This document shows positions 62,339-64,000 of a DNA stretch of 64,000 nucleotides, in pieces. A program made the translations under genes and the position numbers. This DNA is from Rebecca billardiae RCC1528. Its lineage: Eukaryota > Protista > Haptophyta. Numbering within the stretch: the first letter of the stretch is position 1; the number at the start of each line of letters is the position of its first letter. The notes beneath the pieces were generated by a model that had not been told where the DNA came from, ran no database searches, and saw nothing but the letters and a program-made list of their open reading frames with translations. The stretch lies in contig OZ251234.1 in the NCBI GenBank assembly GCA_965240325.2, positions 2,209,568-2,273,567 of the forward strand. The letters are read 5' to 3'.

Positions 62339-64000
62339 ATGGACGCGCTGCCGCCGGGCGCGCGCGAGGCGGCGGCCGGGCTGGCGGCGGCGACGCTCGA
62401 CGCGTACGCGGCGCGCGGCGCTGCGCTCTCGTACTCGCGCCGCTCGTCCATCTCCACCGTCGCGCCCGTGCGCGAGGAGGACGAGGGCGAGGGCGAGGGC
62501 GAGGGCGAGGGCTACGCGCCCTTTGGCTGGCAGCGCGCGCGCGTCGACCACCAGCCGCGCGCGCGCTGGCCGGCGGAGGAGGAGGGCGAGGGCGAGGAGT
62601 ACGAGGCGTGGGGCGGCTCCCCGCCGGGCAGCCCGCGCCTCTCCGTCCCGCCCGGCGTGCTCGACGAGCTCTGCCTCCAGTCCGTCTGCCTGCAGCAGGA
62701 GCGAGACCAGCTGGCGGCGCAGCTCGAGGAGAAGGACGCCACCATCCGCTTCCTCAGCCACGCGCTCGAGGCGCGCGACGAGCTGCAGGCCAAGTACGAG
62801 CGCAAGCTCAGCGCGGTGTCGAGCACGCTCGGCGCGCGCCTCAGCCGCATGTCCGAGGGTGCGCGCCGCGCGCGCGCGTGCGCCGCGCGCTCGTGCGCCG
62901 GGCGCTCATCTCCCTCCACTTGCGCGCGCGTGCGCCCGCGCCGCGCAGTGCTCGCGGTGAGCGTCGAGAAGGAGGAGGCGCGGGAGGCGCGGCGGCACTC
63001 GCTCGCCGCGCCCGTCACCGCCGCGCGCGGCGGCGCGCTCTCCGCCGTGCGCGCCGGCGCGGCGTGCGCCAACGGCTCGCCGCGCGCCTCCGCCTCCGCC
63101 TCCGCCTCCAGCGGCGGCGGCGGCGCGTGGTGCGCCGCACCCGCCGCGCCCAAGCCCAAGCAGGGCGGCGGCGCGGCCGGCGCGCGCGCGCAGCCCGCGC
63201 CCGACCAGGCCGTGCAGACCTCGCCCGCGCGCCGGCTCGAGCCGCCGCGCCGCTCGGACGTGGGCGTGGGCGTGAAGACGCCCGAGCCGGTGCGCCCGCC
63301 CCGCCGCGCGCGCTCCGCCGCGCGCGCCGTCGCCGTCGCCACCGTGAGCGTCGGCGTCGGCGGCTCGCCGCCGCCGCCGCCGCCGAGCGCCGCGGGTGCG
63401 GGCGCGGGTGCGCCGCCGCCCGTCGCGGTGGGCACGGCGCTCGACGCGTCGAGCGGGCGCAGGCACACGCCCGAGACGCGCGCCAACTCGCCCGAGCGCA
63501 GCACGACGCCCGCCACGCTGCCCGCCTTGCCGCCCTGCCGAGGCTCGATCCTCTTCTCCCTGAGCGGCCTGGGGCACAGCACGCCAGCGGCGCCGCGCGC
63601 GGGCAACGGCGCGGCGTCGGCGCGGCACGCGGCCGCGCTCGTGCGCGCGAGCGGCGGCGAGCGGCGCCGGCCGGGCAGCGCGAGCGGCGCGCGCCGGCGC
63701 GGCGACAGGCGCGGCGACAGCGCCGCGGTCGTCCTCGGGCGAGGCGTCGCCGCCAGCCTCGGGCTCGGCCCGTCCGCCTCCCCCTCCGTGCTCTCAGCGC
63801 ACGGCCTCGGCCTCAGCGTGGCCGCGTCGCGCGCGGCGGGCGCGATGCGCGCCGCGTGCCGCGCGCCGGGCGGCTCGTCCATCGACGACAAGCTCGATCG
63901 GGTGCGGCGCGCGCGCCTTCCTCCGCCCGCGGCCGAGCGCGCGCCGCACCCGCGCCCAGGTCACGCTCAAGCGCGTGCGTGGTGGCCGCGCCCGCCCCGC
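62339..64000 (+). CDS. Partial gene encoding a coiled-coil/low-complexity protein (runs off the window)
   Basis: The ATG at 62339 follows an AT-richer leader. The frame encodes LQQERDQLAAQLEEKDATIRFLSHALEARDELQAKYERKL. Intron-like segments lie near 62859-62949 and 63902-63959. Confidence 0.6.
   Translation, partial: MDALPPGAREAAAGLAAATLDAYAARGAALSYSRRSSISTVAPVREEDEGEGEGEGEGYAPFGWQRARVDHQPRARWPAEEEGEGEEYEAWGGSPPGSPRLSVPPGVLDELCLQSVCLQQERDQLAAQLEEKDATIRFLSHALEARDELQAKYERKLSAVSSTLGARLSRMSEGARRARACAARSCAGRSSPSTCARVRPRRAVLAVSVEKEEAREARRHSLAAPVTAARGGALSAVRAGAACANGSPRASASASASSGGGGAWCAAPAAPKPKQGGGAAGARAQPAPDQAVQTSPARRLEPPRRSDVGVGVKTPEPVRPPRRARSAARAVAVATVSVGVGGSPPPPPPSAAGAGAGAPPPVAVGTALDASSGRRHTPETRANSPERSTTPATLPALPPCRGSILFSLSGLGHSTPAAPRAGNGAASARHAAALVRASGGERRRPGSASGARRRGDRRGDSAAVVLGRGVAASLGLGPSASPSVLSAHGLGLSVAASRAAGAMRAACRAPGGSSIDDKLDRVRRARLPPPAAERAPHPRPGHAQARAWWPRPPR

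Overview
This is a very GC-rich eukaryotic genomic window. Spliceosomal introns are typically GTGCGC/GTGAG...CGCAG. The style suggests a haptophyte alga such as Pavlovales (inference, not verified). About 12 protein-coding genes are supported: an ankyrin-like protein, an OTU-like protease, a Ser/Thr kinase, a giant ~8,350-aa polycystin-1-like receptor, a CEP164-like WW/EF-hand protein, an acidic orphan, a dienelactone hydrolase, a Dispatched/Patched-type RND protein, a multi-TM orphan, a PH-domain protein, a nuclear Ycf33-like protein and a partial coiled-coil gene. The giant receptor has a ~3,570-aa extensin-like stalk, 17 copies of a ~97-aa repeat, IPT domains, REJ, GPS, 5 TM segments, an IQ-like motif and EF-hands. 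The intergenic (TA)n tracts at 2.0-10.3 kb, 41.3-43.9 kb and 55.1-56.1 kb hold nested non-autonomous mobile elements. The most unusual is a TIR-less family, GTCTAGCC...hairpin-[G/C]CCAC. It has a covarying terminal hairpin with a GNA triloop and a seamless head-to-tail junction, and at two loci it is directly preceded by the 3' end of an RLE retrotransposon. No rRNA, tRNA or CRISPR features were recognised.
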